Shown here: piece by piece, positions 37,665-49,494 of the stretch | Numbering within the stretch: the first letter of the stretch is position 1 | Layout: every line of letters begins with the position of its first letter | NCBI RefSeq assembly: GCF_006345805.1 | Contig: NC_042997.1 | Location: 31,992,001 to 32,056,000 of the forward strand | Origin: Octopus sinensis | Lineage: Eukaryota | Reading direction: 5' to 3' | DNA length: 64,000 nt | The notes under the pieces: generated by a model | What the model was told of the DNA's origin: nothing | Databases searched by the model: none | What the model saw: the letters and a program-made list of their open reading frames with translations, nothing else | Position numbers and translations under genes: made by a program

Positions 37665-37984
37665 GGAAAAGAAGAAAGTGTGTTTTGACCTTTGACCACT
37701 GAGGAGAAAGTTTATGTCTTAGATATTTTATTCCATTTAAAGTCCAAAGGTTGTACATCTCTTTGATTGGATTGAAAAACATTGCCTTTTGGAAATAAGG
37801 AATTCAGAAGTATTTAGAAGTCAAAGTCCAAACATAATTATGAAAATCTAAACTTATCCATCTTACTTCCAAATTAAGGAACCAACACTTCTTCCTCCTT
37901 ATCATCATCATCATCATCATCAACAGCAGCAGCAGCAGAACCACCACCATTATCACCACTTTTTGTGTAATACAGATATCAGCA

Positions 37985-38230
<246 letters not shown>

Positions 38231-38262
38231 AATGTAATATGTGACAATAATTCGGTAACCAT

Positions 38263-38323
38263 GATAAAACTCTGAGTTTCGGATGCCGAGGTGGAAGTCC
38301 ATGCCGCCATCTCTTCAGCTATC
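38263..38323 (-). ncRNA. Degenerate type I hammerhead candidate
   Basis: Stem I GAUAG/UUAUC, CUGAAGA, imperfect stem II with one extra C, GAAA, palindromic stem III ACUC-A-GAGU, triplet GUU. Confidence 0.5.
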
Positions 38324-38359
38324 CGGCCATCGGAAAAATGCTATGTCTTACCGTTTTTA

Positions 38360-38401
<42 letters not shown>

Positions 38402-38532
38402 ATATACATACATATATATATATATATATCACCACCACCATATACATGAATGTGTGTGTGTGTGTGTGTTGTGTGTGTGTGTGTTTGTGTGTGTGCATGT
38501 ATGGTAGTGATGGAGCTGGTACTTGTGGTCGC

Positions 38533-41500
38533 ATTGGTGGTGGTGGTGGTGGTGGTGGTGGTGGTTGGTGGTTGGTGGTGGTGGTGGTGGTGGTTGGTTG
38601 TTGGTGGTGGTGGTGGTGGTGGTGGTGGTGGTGGTGGTTGGTGGTGGTGGTGGTGGTTGGTGGTTGGTGGTAGTGGTGGTGGTGGTGGTTGGTGGTGGTG
38701 GTGGTGGTGCTGATAGGTTGATGGTGGAGGTGAAGCTTCATTTAATTCCATGTTTACATTAGACTTTCTGCCAGACAATAGTTGATGTCTAAGTTCAAAA
38801 CAAAAAACATAGGAAAGTTATATTTGTTTCCTCTCTTCCAACTGACCAATGGTGGTGACAATGGTGATGTGGTGGTGGTGGTGGTGGTAGTGGTGGTGGT
38901 GGTGGTGGTGGTGGTGGTGGTGGTGGTGGTGGTGGTGGTGGTGGTGGTGGTGACAATGGTGATGGTGGTGGTGGTAGTGGTGGTGGTGGTGGTGGTGGTG
39001 ACAATGGTGGTGGTGGTGTGTGGTGGTGGTGGTGGTGTGGTGGTGGTGGTGGTGGATGGTGGTGGTGGTGGTGGGGTGGTGGTGACAATGGTGGATGGTG
39101 GTGGTGGTGGTGGTGGTGACAATGGTGATGGTGGTGGTGGTGGTTGGTGGTAGTGGTGGTGGGGTGGTGGTGGTGTGGTGGTGGTGGTGGTGGTGATGGT
39201 GGTGGTGGTGTAGTGGTGGTGGTGTGGTGGTGATGGTGGTGGTGGTGATGGTGGTGGTGGTGGTGACAATGGTGATGGTGGTGGTGGTAGTGGTGATGGT
39301 GGTGGTGGTGGTATGGTGGTGGTGGTGGTGGTGGTGACAATGGTGGTGGTGGTGGGGTGGTGGTGGTAGTGGTGATGGTGGTGGTAGTGGTGGTGGTGGT
39401 GGTGGTGGTGGTGTGGTGGTGGTGGTGGTGACAATGGTGTGGTGGTGGTGGTGTGGTGGTGGTGGTGGTGGTGGTGACAATGGTGATGGTGTGGTGGTGG
39501 TGGTGGTGGTGGTTGGTGGTGGTGGTGGTGATGGTGGTGGTGGTGGTGGTGGTGGTTGGTGACAATGGTGATGGTGGTGGTGGTGGTGGGTGACAATGGT
39601 GGATGGTGGTGGTGGTGGTTGGTGTGGTAGTGGTGTGTGGTTGGTGGTGGTGGTGGTGGTGGTGGTGGTGGTGGTGGTGGTGGTGGTGGTGGTGACAATG
39701 GTGATGGTGGTGGTGTAGTGGTGGTGGTGGTGGTGGGTGACAATGGTGATGGTGGTGGTGGTGGTGGTGGTAGTGGTGGTGGTGGTGGTGGTGATGGTGG
39801 TGGTGGTGGTGGTGGTGGTGGTGACAATGGTGATGGTGGTGGTGGTGGTGGTGGTGACAATGGTGATGGTGGTGGTGGTGGTTGGTGGTGGTGGTGGTGG
39901 TGGTGGTGGTGGTAGTGGTGGTGGTGGTGGTGGTGATGGTGGTGGTGGTGGTAGTGGTGTGGTGGTGGTGGTGATGGTGTGGTGGTGGTGGTGGTGATGG
40001 TGGTGGTGACAATGGTGATGGTGGTGGTGGTAGTGGTGATGGTGGTGGTGGTGGTGGTTGGTGGTGGTGGTGGTGGTGGTGGTGGTGACAATGGTGGTGG
40101 TGGTGTGTGGTGGTGGTGGTGGTAGTGGTGATGGTGGTGGTAGTGGTGGTGGTGGTGGTGGTGGTGGTGGTGGTGGTGGTGGTGGTGACAATGGTGATGG
40201 TGGTGGTGGGGTGGTAGTGGTGGTGGTGGTGGTGGTGGTGACAATGGTGATGGTGGTGGGTGGTGGTGTAGTGGTGGTGGTGGTGTGGTGATGGTGGTGG
40301 TGGTGGTGGTGGTGGGTGACAATGGTGATGGTGGTGGTTGGTGGTGGTGATGGTGGTGGTGGTGGGGTGGTGGTGGTGGTGGTGGTGACAATGGTGATGG
40401 TGGTGGTGGTAGTGGTGTGGTGTGGTGGTGGTGACAATGGTGATGGTGGTGGTGGTGGGGTGGTAGTGGTGGTGGTGGTGGTGGTGATGGTGGTGGTGGT
40501 GGTGGTGGTGGTGGTGACAATGGTGATGGTGGTGGTGGTGGTGGTGGTGACAATGGTGATGGTGGTGGTGTGTTGGTGGTGGTAGTGGTGCTGGTGGTGG
40601 TGGTGTGTGGTGTGGTGGTGGTGGTGATGGTGGTGGTGTGGTGGTGGTGGTGGTGGTTGGTGGTGGTGGTGATGGTGGTGTGGTGACAATGGTGATGGTG
40701 GTGGTAGTGGTGATGGTGGTGGTGGTGGTGTGGTGGTGGTGGTGGTGGTGGTGACAATGGTGATGGTGTGGTGGTGGTGGTGGTAGTGGTGATGGTGGTG
40801 GTAGTGGTGGTGGTGGTGGTGGTGGTGGGGTGGTGGGGTGGTGGTGACAATGGTGATGGTGGTGGTGGTGGTGGTGGTGGTGGTGGTGGTGGTGACAATG
40901 GTGATGGTGGTGGTGGTGTGGTGGTAGTGGTGGTGGTGGTGTGGTGATGGTGGTGGGTGGTGGTGGTGGTGGTGACAATGGTGATGGTGGTGGTGGTGGT
41001 GGGTGACAATGGTGATGGTGGTGGTGGTGGTTGGTGTGGTAGTGGTGCTGGTGGTGGTGGTGGTAGTGGTGGTGGTGGTGGTGGTGATGGTGGTGGTGGT
41101 GGTATGGTGGTGGTGGTGGTGGTGGTGTGGTGGTGATGGTGGTGGTGGTGACAATGGTGATGGTGGTGTGGTAGTGGTGATGGTGGTGTGGTGGTGGTGG
41201 TGGTGGTGGTGGTGGTGGTGACAATGGTGATGGTGGGGTGGTGGTGGTGGTATGGTGGTGGTGGTGGTGGTGGTGGTGGTGGTGGTGGTGACAATGGTGA
41301 TGGTGGTGGTGGTGGTGGTGACAATGGTGATGGTGGTGGTGGTGGTTGGTGGTGGTAGTGGTGCTGGTGGTGGTGCTGGTGGTGGTGGAGGAGGAGGAGG
41401 CCGTACCAGCTGCGACGGCGGCGGTGGTGGTGGCGGTGGTGGTGGCGGTGGTGGTGGTGGTGGGGTGGTGGTGGTGGTTGGTGGTGGTGGCGGTGGTGGT

Positions 41501-41602
41501 GGCGGTGATGGTGGCGGGGGTGGTGGCGGTGGCGGTGGTGGTGGCGGTGGTGGTGGCGGTGGTGGTGGCAGTGGCGGCGAGGAGGAGGAGGAAGAGGAGG
41601 AC
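38533..41602. repeat. ~3-kb (GGT)n array with recurrent GGTGACAATGGTGAT units
   Basis: Short block 38533-38710, a ~140-bp unique interruption, then the main block from ~38851, grading to GGC/GGA at the right end. Confidence 0.97.
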
Positions 41603-41839
41603 CTCAGTTTATTGGTATGGGAGGAGGGGTTGTTTACCATATTCATAAAAGAGCATTTGTCTATCCTTTGACTTTTTGGTTAGCTTTTAGAAGCTGCACT
41701 CATTCCCTCACTCAATTGTCCTTGCATTTTTTTTTTCTTCATCTCCTTCTTTCTTTCATTCATTCAACAGACACAGAAATCATTTCCTAAGTTTTAGCTC
41801 AAGAGGAAAGAACTTACTTTTCTATCAGAACCAAGTGCC

Positions 41840-41902
41840 ATGGCTACATATGGAAGTCTCTTAGAAGAACAAGAAAAACTTAATTCCGAATGCCCAGAAG
41901 TG
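41840..41902 (+). CDS. PX-domain (SNX10/11-like) gene, first coding exon (MATYGSLLEEQEKLNSECPEV)
   Basis: GCCATGG start context, upstream in-frame TAG at 41795, acceptor cattcaacag at 41770, donor gtaagt, phase 0. Confidence 0.72.
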
Positions 41903-42205
41903 GTAAGTTTATGCTAAATTTTAAATTCAACAAATTTAAAGGTTTACATCAAAACAAAAGTTGAACCAAATTTTTCTTTTCTTGAAGACAGATGCATTCC
42001 CTTTACAAAACTACAGTCTCCTACAAGTGAATATACATACATTCATATATATACATAAATAAAAGAAAGAAAAAACACCTTTTATCAATTCACTAATGAA
42101 AAATTAAATTATGCCAATTAGAAAAATTACATATTATAGAAAGATTAAATATATGATAGAACATATAACAATGATTAAGTAATTTGCAAAATAGTAAATA
42201 AAACG

Positions 42206-42945
42206 TATATATATATTATATTTTGCGAAATTTGATTTAGTATTTCTAAATTGAATTTTTCCCTGTAAGTTTCGAATAATATTCCCTCATACTATTATTA
42301 TTATTTTTATATTATATTTATAACTAACGTTTCTGAGAGTTTACCCTTATTTTCGTCGGTTATGGAACTTACAGGTAAAATAGAACCACTTTTTTGGATT
42401 CATCTTTGAAGGATATTCCTATACCATCTAGAAAGGAATATATTTTAATATGTGATTTTTCTAATTGGTATAATTTAATTTTTCATTATTGAATTGATAA
42501 AAGGTGGGTTTTTTTCTAATTTATATATATATATATATTTTGCGAAATTTGATTTAGTATTTCTAAATTGAATTTTTCCCTGTAAGTTTCGAATAATATT
42601 CCCTCATACTATTATTATTATTTTTATATTATATTTATAACTAACGTTTCTGAGAGTTTACCCTTATTTTCGTCGGTTATGGAACTTACAGGTAAAATAG
42701 AACCACTTTTTTGGAATTCATCTTTGAAGGATATTCCTATACCATCTAGAAAGGAATATATTTTAATATGTGATTTTTCTAATTGGTATAATTTAATTTT
42801 TCATTATTGAATTGATAAAAGGTGGGTTTTTTTCTAATTTATATATATATATTATATTTTGTGAAATTTGATTTAGTATTTCTGAATTGAATTTTTCCTT
42901 GTAAGTTTGGAATAATATTCTCTCATATTATTATTATTATTATTT
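42206..42945. repeat. Tandem duplication, ~318-bp period, ~2.3 copies
   Basis: TTTTG(C/T)GAAA unit marker at 42221, 42538 and 42857. Copies 1 and 2 are nearly identical. Confidence 0.93.
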
Positions 42946-43714
42946 ATATATATATATATGAATATACATACATTCATATACACACACATACACACACACA
43001 CACATATATATATTATTGTGTCTGGGGACTACTGTAAAGGTTGCAAGTCACAACAAAAATTTTAGTAAAACTAATAAGGAAATGAGTGGAAATTGGTCTG
43101 TTAAATTAATAAGGCACTAAAAGAGAATGACCCTCCTCAGATCACAATAAAATATGCTTCAACACACGAATTCACATAAACAATCTTGTAAACCACATAC
43201 AAAAACAAAGGAGTTTCTGTGTGGTAAGTAGCTTGCTTACCAACCACATGGTTCTGGGTTCAGTCCCAGTATGTGGCACCTTGAATAAGTGTCTTCTACT
43301 ATAGCCTCAGGCTAAACAAAGCCTTGTGAGTGGATTTGGTAGATGGAAACTGAAAGAAGCCTATTGTGTGTGTGTGTGTGTGTGTGTGTTTGTGTTAAAA
43401 GTTTGGTTGTGTTAATTATTGGTTGTCACATGTGTTAATTATTGGTTGTTAATTATTTGTGACAATTATTGGTTGTCGCAAAATACCACAATACATATAT
43501 ACATTCTTTGGTAACAAGAACATGTTAAGAACATAAAAAAGTATAACAAGTTCATTAAAATATTGGGCACTTTGTTATATATAAACATCACACGAGTCCC
43601 GAAAATCATACGGTACCTTACAACTCCACTTTGTTAAATATAATCACACAAGTCCCGAAAATCATGCAGTACCTTACAACTCCACTTTGTTATATATATA
43701 TATATATATATATA

Positions 43715-43952
43715 CAGGGTTGGCCAAAAGTCACCTGTCAGTAAATAAAAAAACCATTCAATTCCAAGATTAAACAAAAAATTATTTTATATGAGACTTC
43801 ACTAATAACTAGACAAGTGTTGAAAAGAAAAACAGTGAATTTAACTCACAGCATTCAATTATTAAACATTTATAACTGAAATGAATGAATAAAATTGAAT
43901 ATTAAGTATTTATGGATTTTGATTTACTGTCAGGTGACTTTTGGCCAACACT
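43715..43952. mobile_element. Tc1/mariner-type MITE (~238 bp)
   Basis: ~30-bp TIRs GTTGGCCAAAAGTCACCTG(T/A)CAGTAAAT, with the left end in (TA)n. Confidence 0.85.
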
Positions 43953-44213
43953 TTATGTACACACAAACATATATATATACCTACATATATATATTATTTG
44001 CATTAATAATAATAATTACATTGAAAAATACCTTAGAAATGAGAACTCTGGTTTGAAATTTCCCCAAGACACCTGATGAAGCCTGGAGGGTATATCAGCC
44101 AAAATGTGTTAACAACAAACAGGACGAGGACAAATATCCGGCAAACGTAAATAACGTAAATAATGTACATAATTCCTCATCTCTTAACTATAGAACTGTA
44201 TTATATATATATA

Positions 44214-44533
44214 ATGTCGGTGGCACGTAAAAAGCACCATCCGAATCGTGGCCGAAGCCAGTGCTGCCTCGACTGGCTTCCGTGCAGGTGGCACGTAAAA
44301 TGCACCAATCCGACCGTGGCCGATGCCAGCCTCGCCTGGCACCAGTGCAGGTGGCACGTAAAAAGCACCCACTACACTCACGGAGTGGTTGGCGTTAGGA
44401 AGGGCATCCAGCTGTAGAAACATTGCCAGATAAGACCGGAGCCTGGTGCAGCCTTCTGGCTTCCCAGATCCCCGGTCGAACCGTCCAACCCATGCTAGCA
44501 TGGAGAACGGACGTTAAACGATGATGATGATGA
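44214..44533 (+). mobile_element. RTE 3'-tail copy
   Basis: Tail core and (ATG)n. Confidence 0.88.
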
Positions 44534-44606
44534 TATATATATAAAGGATAAAGAGAAAATGGAGAGGTAATTAATAAAATTATTTATTAATTATAAAATA
44601 TGACAT

Positions 44607-44690
44607 CTCTGACAGCTGTTTTGATTCGGAAATCTTTAGATAATTAATTTATAAAATTAAAATCATTATAAGATGAATCTCTTCAGAGGT
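44607..44690 (-). ncRNA. Inactivated type I hammerhead relic
   Basis: CUGAAGA, stem II GAUUC/GAAUC with a 47-nt loop, AAAA in place of GAAA, palindromic CAGCUG, GUC triplet, then AGAG. Confidence 0.5.
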
Positions 44691-45203
44691 AGTAAAGACA
44701 TACTGATTAGAAATACATGTTGAGATAACTGCTATAAAACCGTTAACAGTGGTGGTGGTGGTGGTGGTGGTGGTGGTGGTGGTGGTGATCCCTTGTACAG
44801 CACTATTACCTGCCGAGACTATTTTATAGTCTCATGCAGGGGCTGCTGCCAAGAGGAATTCTCCAGTGACTAGACACGGCCATTCACGTAGGGGCAAGGA
44901 AAATTCTTCATCTCCCAGATACCACTTCCTCTTCCTTTTTGTATAGCAACCGGCGTGATGGCGGACTAAGTCTTCACCAGATAGTGAGACTGACCCCTAA
45001 GTGTGTCATCCGCAGTAATATGCACCTGCTGACATTGGGTTACGTCTCCATTAGAAAAATTGCTGATTTTGCAGGACTAGCCGAACAGAATCAGCAATTA
45101 GTAGCATCCTACGATTTGCTCAATAGATGTTTGTGTATCTGTTTGTGTGCATATATGTATGCATGAGTGCACATGCACACATACACACATACACACACAC
45201 ACA

Positions 45204-45419
45204 CATCATTATCATCATCATCATCATTTAGCGTCCGCTTTCCATGCTAGCATGGGTTGGACGGTTCAACTGGGGTTTGTGAAGCTGGAAGGCTTCGTCA
45301 GGCCCAGTCAGATCTGGCAGTGTTTCTACGGCTGGATGCCCTTCCTAACGCCAACCACTCCGTAAGTGTAGTGGGTGCTTTTTACGTGCCACCCGCACAG
45401 GTGCCAGACAGAGCTGGCG
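45204..45419 (-). mobile_element. RTE 3'-tail copy
   Basis: (CAT)n and tail core. Confidence 0.88.
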
Positions 45420-45551
45420 TACATACATATGCATTTCTTCAATAGATTCAATGCTAACACTGACAGCTCCTGTTCTTTTCTAATCATAATGAATAATTAT
45501 TAATCATTACAAGCATTTATTTATATTTCCTATCTGCTACCTTTATTGCAG

Positions 45552-45638
45552 GATCGTGCTGACTTTCTTGTAACAAATCCAAAGACCGTTTACAAAAATA
45601 ACAGACCTCAATACACACGATATGAGATCATCACTAAT
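45552..45638 (+). CDS. PX gene exon 2 (DRADFLVTNPKTVYKNNRPQYTRYEIITN)
   Basis: ttattgcag acceptor and gtaagt donor; 87 nt, phase 0/0. Matches the PX beta1-beta2 pattern V.NP...Y..YEI.T. Confidence 0.88.
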
Positions 45639-45709
45639 GTAAGTCTTAATACTTTATAGATCTATCTTACTTTCTCTTATGCTTTTCACTTTTCTACCTT
45701 TACAGTTTT

Positions 45710-45745
<36 letters not shown>

Positions 45746-45753
45746 TCATTTAA

Positions 45754-45935
45754 CCCTTTCATTACCAACCTGGCTGAAACTGGCCCTGGCTCTGTAGACC
45801 AAATGTCTAGTTTTCATAAGTTTTGAATTAAAATCTTCCACCAAACCTTTGTCACAATTTATGTTCCTAACACTAGCTGAATGATAACTAAGTTATTTTA
45901 CTAAATCCTTTGTTAGATTTAAAATTAATTGAAAT
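45754..45935. mobile_element. Truncated piggyBac-type MITE, family 2
   Basis: TTAA followed by CCCTTTCATTAC; reverse-complement match to 54729-54950. Confidence 0.8.
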
Positions 45936-46190
45936 TTGCATAAGAGTCCGACGGTCCCTATCTGAAAGTTTTGGTTTCCTTTCAGAATTTTGTTTCAACA
46001 AGGAGGTTTTTCCCTCTTTCTCAAAGGCTGTCATTACTTTCAAGAAAGTACTTCTTAATACATCAAACATTTCAGCTGTTTTCGTTATGCTAGCGCCTGC
46101 CATATGAGCACCAACAATTTGACCTCTTTGAAAGCCCAATAGATCTGTCACTTTAATGAATTTCAATTACCTTTTTCTGATGATATCTGA
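45936..46190 (-). mobile_element. Tc1-like transposase N-terminal fragment
   Basis: DLLGFQRGQIVGAHMAGASITKTAEMFDVLRSTFLKVMTAFEKEGKT...RKPKLSDRDRRTLMQI (paired-like HTH). Confidence 0.85.
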
Positions 46191-46672
46191 AAAGAAACAG
46201 CAATTTTAGCAAAACATATTAAGCAACACTAATAATAAATCAAAAAACATGAAAATAAACAAGCTTTTGGCCGTTTTATAGATATGTCAAAATTATGATA
46301 CTATAATGCTAGATATTTCCATTATTTTGTCCAACCTCTGTGTATATATACATATTCATCATCATCATCATCACCATTTAATGTCCGTTTTCCATACTGG
46401 CATGGGTTGGACGGTTTGACTGAAAAATGATAAACTTGGGAGCTACACCAGGATCCAATCTGATTTGGCAGGGCTTCTACAGCCACTCCAACCCACTTGC
46501 AGATAGCCATCTCTGATAGCAGTGAGCAAGGACGTAGTCAAGGAACATCCTTACAGCAAAAATCAGACACATCCACTCAATATTTCATCACCCTTAACTA
46601 CAGAAAATAATTTTATATACCAATTTATATTTTGTCGAAGAATGTCATGTATGCAACAAATTTTGTTGATAT

Positions 46673-47062
46673 AGGTGCAGGAGTGGCTGTGTGGTAAGTA
46701 GTTTGCTTACTAAGCACATGATTCCAGGTTCAGTCCCACTGTGTGGCACCTTGGGCAAGTGCCTTCAACTATAGCCTCAGGCCAACCAAAGCATTGTGAG
46801 TGGATTTGGTAGATGGAAACTGAAAATAAGCCTGTCATATATATGTATATATATATATATATGTATGTGTGTGTATATGTTTGTGTGTCTGCTTGACAAC
46901 CGATGGTGGTGTGTTTGCGTTCCTGTAACTTAGTGGTTCGGCAAAAGAGACCGATAGAATAAGTACTAGGCTTACAAAGAATAAGTCCTGGGGTCGAGTT
47001 GCTCGACTAAAGGTGGTGCTCCAGCATGGCCACAGTCAAATGACTGAAACAAGTAAAGAGTA
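46673..47062 (+). mobile_element. Family-A SINE
   Basis: Head, (TA)/(TG) linker and tail as at 21595-22013. Confidence 0.88.
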
Positions 47063-47179
47063 TATGACAAGTTTATTGAGGCAACATGTCTTGCAGGAAA
47101 TATCAATTTTATTTTTTGGTAGATGTTTAACATCATTACTGGAATAACCATAAAATTTCACAGTTAAAGGGGTAAATAT

Positions 47180-47408
47180 ATTTCTTTACTGCCCACAAGG
47201 GGCTAAACATAGAGGGGACAAACAAGGACAGACAAACGGATTAAGTCGATTACATCGACCCCAGTGCAAAACTGGTACTTTATTTATCGACCCCGAAAGG
47301 ATGAAAGGCAAAGTCGACCTCAGCGGAATTTGAACTCAGAACGTAACGACAGACAAAATACCGCTAAGCACTTCGTCCGGTGCGCTAACGTTTCTGCCAG
47401 CTTGCCGA
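47180..47408 (-). mobile_element. Family-B SINE
   Basis: Matches 17130-17360. Confidence 0.88.
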
Positions 47409-47924
47409 ACATGGTTCTAGTTTCCCTTCACATAGGAAAAGACATGGTCTTGTTATTTACTAGGATGTGTGTATTGAAGCATAGAATTGGTAATATTACT
47501 TCAGACTTTTGATAAATAGGGCTGCTTAATCAGCTCTGACTTGAAGTTAAGCAACAATAACAAAAACTTGATGTACCACTGTTCCCCCCCCCCTCCTTGT
47601 ATTTTCTATCGTTTCAATAAACTATAAAAGTTTTACTTACTTTCCACACTAACTCATTCACTGCAGTAGCCCTTTGCTTCCTTTCACTGTCCTTGTTGTA
47701 TTTTAGTCTTACTGAATCCTGCTCTTACACCCTTCCTTCCAAGAACTGCAATTCTCAGGTATTCTCTTTCCAAGCATGTTTTCCATGTGGACAGCAACTT
47801 ACAGACGTTCAATCAAAACATCAATGACATCAGACTTCACAGCCATAGGAAGCTTGCTCACTCCTTTCATTAACTTATAAAAGAGATAGCAGTTCTGTTA
47901 CCTCTTTTGCTTAGTGCCCATAAC

Positions 47925-48340
47925 CTATTCCTTTGCTACCCACAAGGGGCTAAACACAGAGGGGACAAACAAGGACAGACAAACGGATTAAGTCGATTAC
48001 ATCGACCCCAGTGTGTAACCAGTATTTAATTTATTGACCCCGAAAGGATGAAAGGTAAAGTCGACCTCGGCGGAATTTGAATGCAGAACATAGTGGCAGA
48101 CGAAATACCTATTTCTTTACTACCCACAAGGGGCTAAACACAGAAGGGACAAACAAGGACAGACAAACAGATTAAGTCGATTACATCGACCCCAGTGCAT
48201 AACCAGTACTTAATTTATCGACCCCGAAAGGATGAAAGGTAAAGTCGACCTCGGCAGAATTTGAACGCAGAACATAGCAGCAGACGAAATACCGTCAAGC
48301 ATTTCGCCTGGCGTGCTAACATTTCTGCCAGCTTGCCGCC
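47925..48340 (-). mobile_element. Family-B SINE dimer
   Basis: Same junction as 26906-27312; TSD TTA(A)GTGCCCATAAC. Confidence 0.88.
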
Positions 48341-48655
48341 TTAAGTGCCCATAACCAACAAATACTTAACTTTCAAATGGCTCAGTCTACTTAGCTTTAA
48401 ATTGGTACCACCAGGTAAGACTCACTTAGAAGAGTAAGCAATTGCAATGCTATAAAGTTAGTATATGCTTCATTAACATAAGCATTTTTGGTTTCTTTTG
48501 TGTGTGTGTGTATAATAAAAAAAAGTGAATGGAGTGCCATAGCAGTCTGCTGTGAATTGAAAAGGTTGAAAATTGCTGTACAGTACAATATTGTTAATAA
48601 AATACAAAGCAGATAGTTTCATGTTATTTCATACATTTTATTTTATATTTCCCAG

Positions 48656-48759
48656 AATGCAAGTTCAGCGTTTCCTCTGAGGTCTTCAAGAGGAGTATAT
48701 CGAAGTTTCAAGGAATTCAAGTGGCTTCGCAGAATTCTTCGTTGGGAGTATCTTACCTC
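48656..48759 (+). CDS. PX gene exon 3 (NASSAFPLRSSRGVYRSFKEFKWLRRILRWEYLT+TC)
   Basis: tttcccag acceptor and gtatgc donor; 104 nt, phase 0/2. Matches PX beta3-alpha1 (R..F.EF.WLR..L). Confidence 0.9.
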
Positions 48760-48981
48760 GTATGCAAAACATTTAAATTGTTCTTTTTTGTCTGGAATTT
48801 TTAATGTATATTGAAGAAATAGCTTTTGTTCTTGTGATTGTTGTTAAAGATGTTGTTGTTACTGTTATACTTGAAGTTTAACTCCAGATCAACCTTAATC
48901 AAATAAAACTATAACCAAAGACATTCCAGTTATAACCATCCCATTTTTTTAGATTAATATATAACTATATTGTCTAATGTG

Positions 48982-49494
48982 GAAGTGCGTGGCTTAGTGG
49001 TTAGGGTGTCAGCACCATGATTGTAAGATTGTGGTTTCGATTCCTGGACCGGGCGACGCATTGTGTTCTTGAGCAAAACACTTCATTTCACGTTGCTCCA
49101 GTCCACTCAGCTGGCAAAAATGGGTAACGTTGCGATGGACTGGCGTCCTGCCCAGCTAGGGAACACATATACCATTGAAACCAGGAGACCTAGCCCATGA
49201 GCCTGGCTAGGCTTTAAAAGGGCGCATTTATTTAGTGGAGGCATGTGGTTTAGTGGTTAGGGTGTCAGTATCATGATCATAAGATTGTGGTTTCGATTCC
49301 TGGACTGGGCAACGCATTGTGTTCTTGAGCAAAACACTTCATTTCACGTTGCTCCAGTCCACTCAGCTGGCAAAATTGAGTAACGCTGCAATGGACTGGC
49401 ATCCCGTCCAGCTGGGAAACACATACGCCATAGAAACCGGGAAACTGGGCCCATGAGCCTGGCTAGGCTTTAAAAAGGGCGCATTTATTATATT
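48982..49494 (+). mobile_element. Head-to-tail dimer of a tRNA-derived SINE (family D, V-domain-like core)
   Basis: Two ~255-bp units; 16-bp TSD TATATTGTCTAATGTG at 48966-48981 and 49495-49510. Confidence 0.88.

Noticed and set aside
38341-41671. Very long His/Pro/Thr- and Gly/Val-rich ORFs (up to 942 aa)
   Set aside because: They arise from stop-free (GGT/ACC)n repeat in all frames. No splice or compositional evidence for a mucin- or extensin-like gene.
44068-44125. CTGATGA...CAGCC-AAAA hammerhead-like core on the + strand
   Set aside because: GAAA is mutated and there is no NUH triplet or stem I partner. At most a Penelope-like tail relic.
44770-45130. GC-richer unique intronic segment
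   Set aside because: Stops in the frames I translated, and no ribozyme or TE motif I could support.
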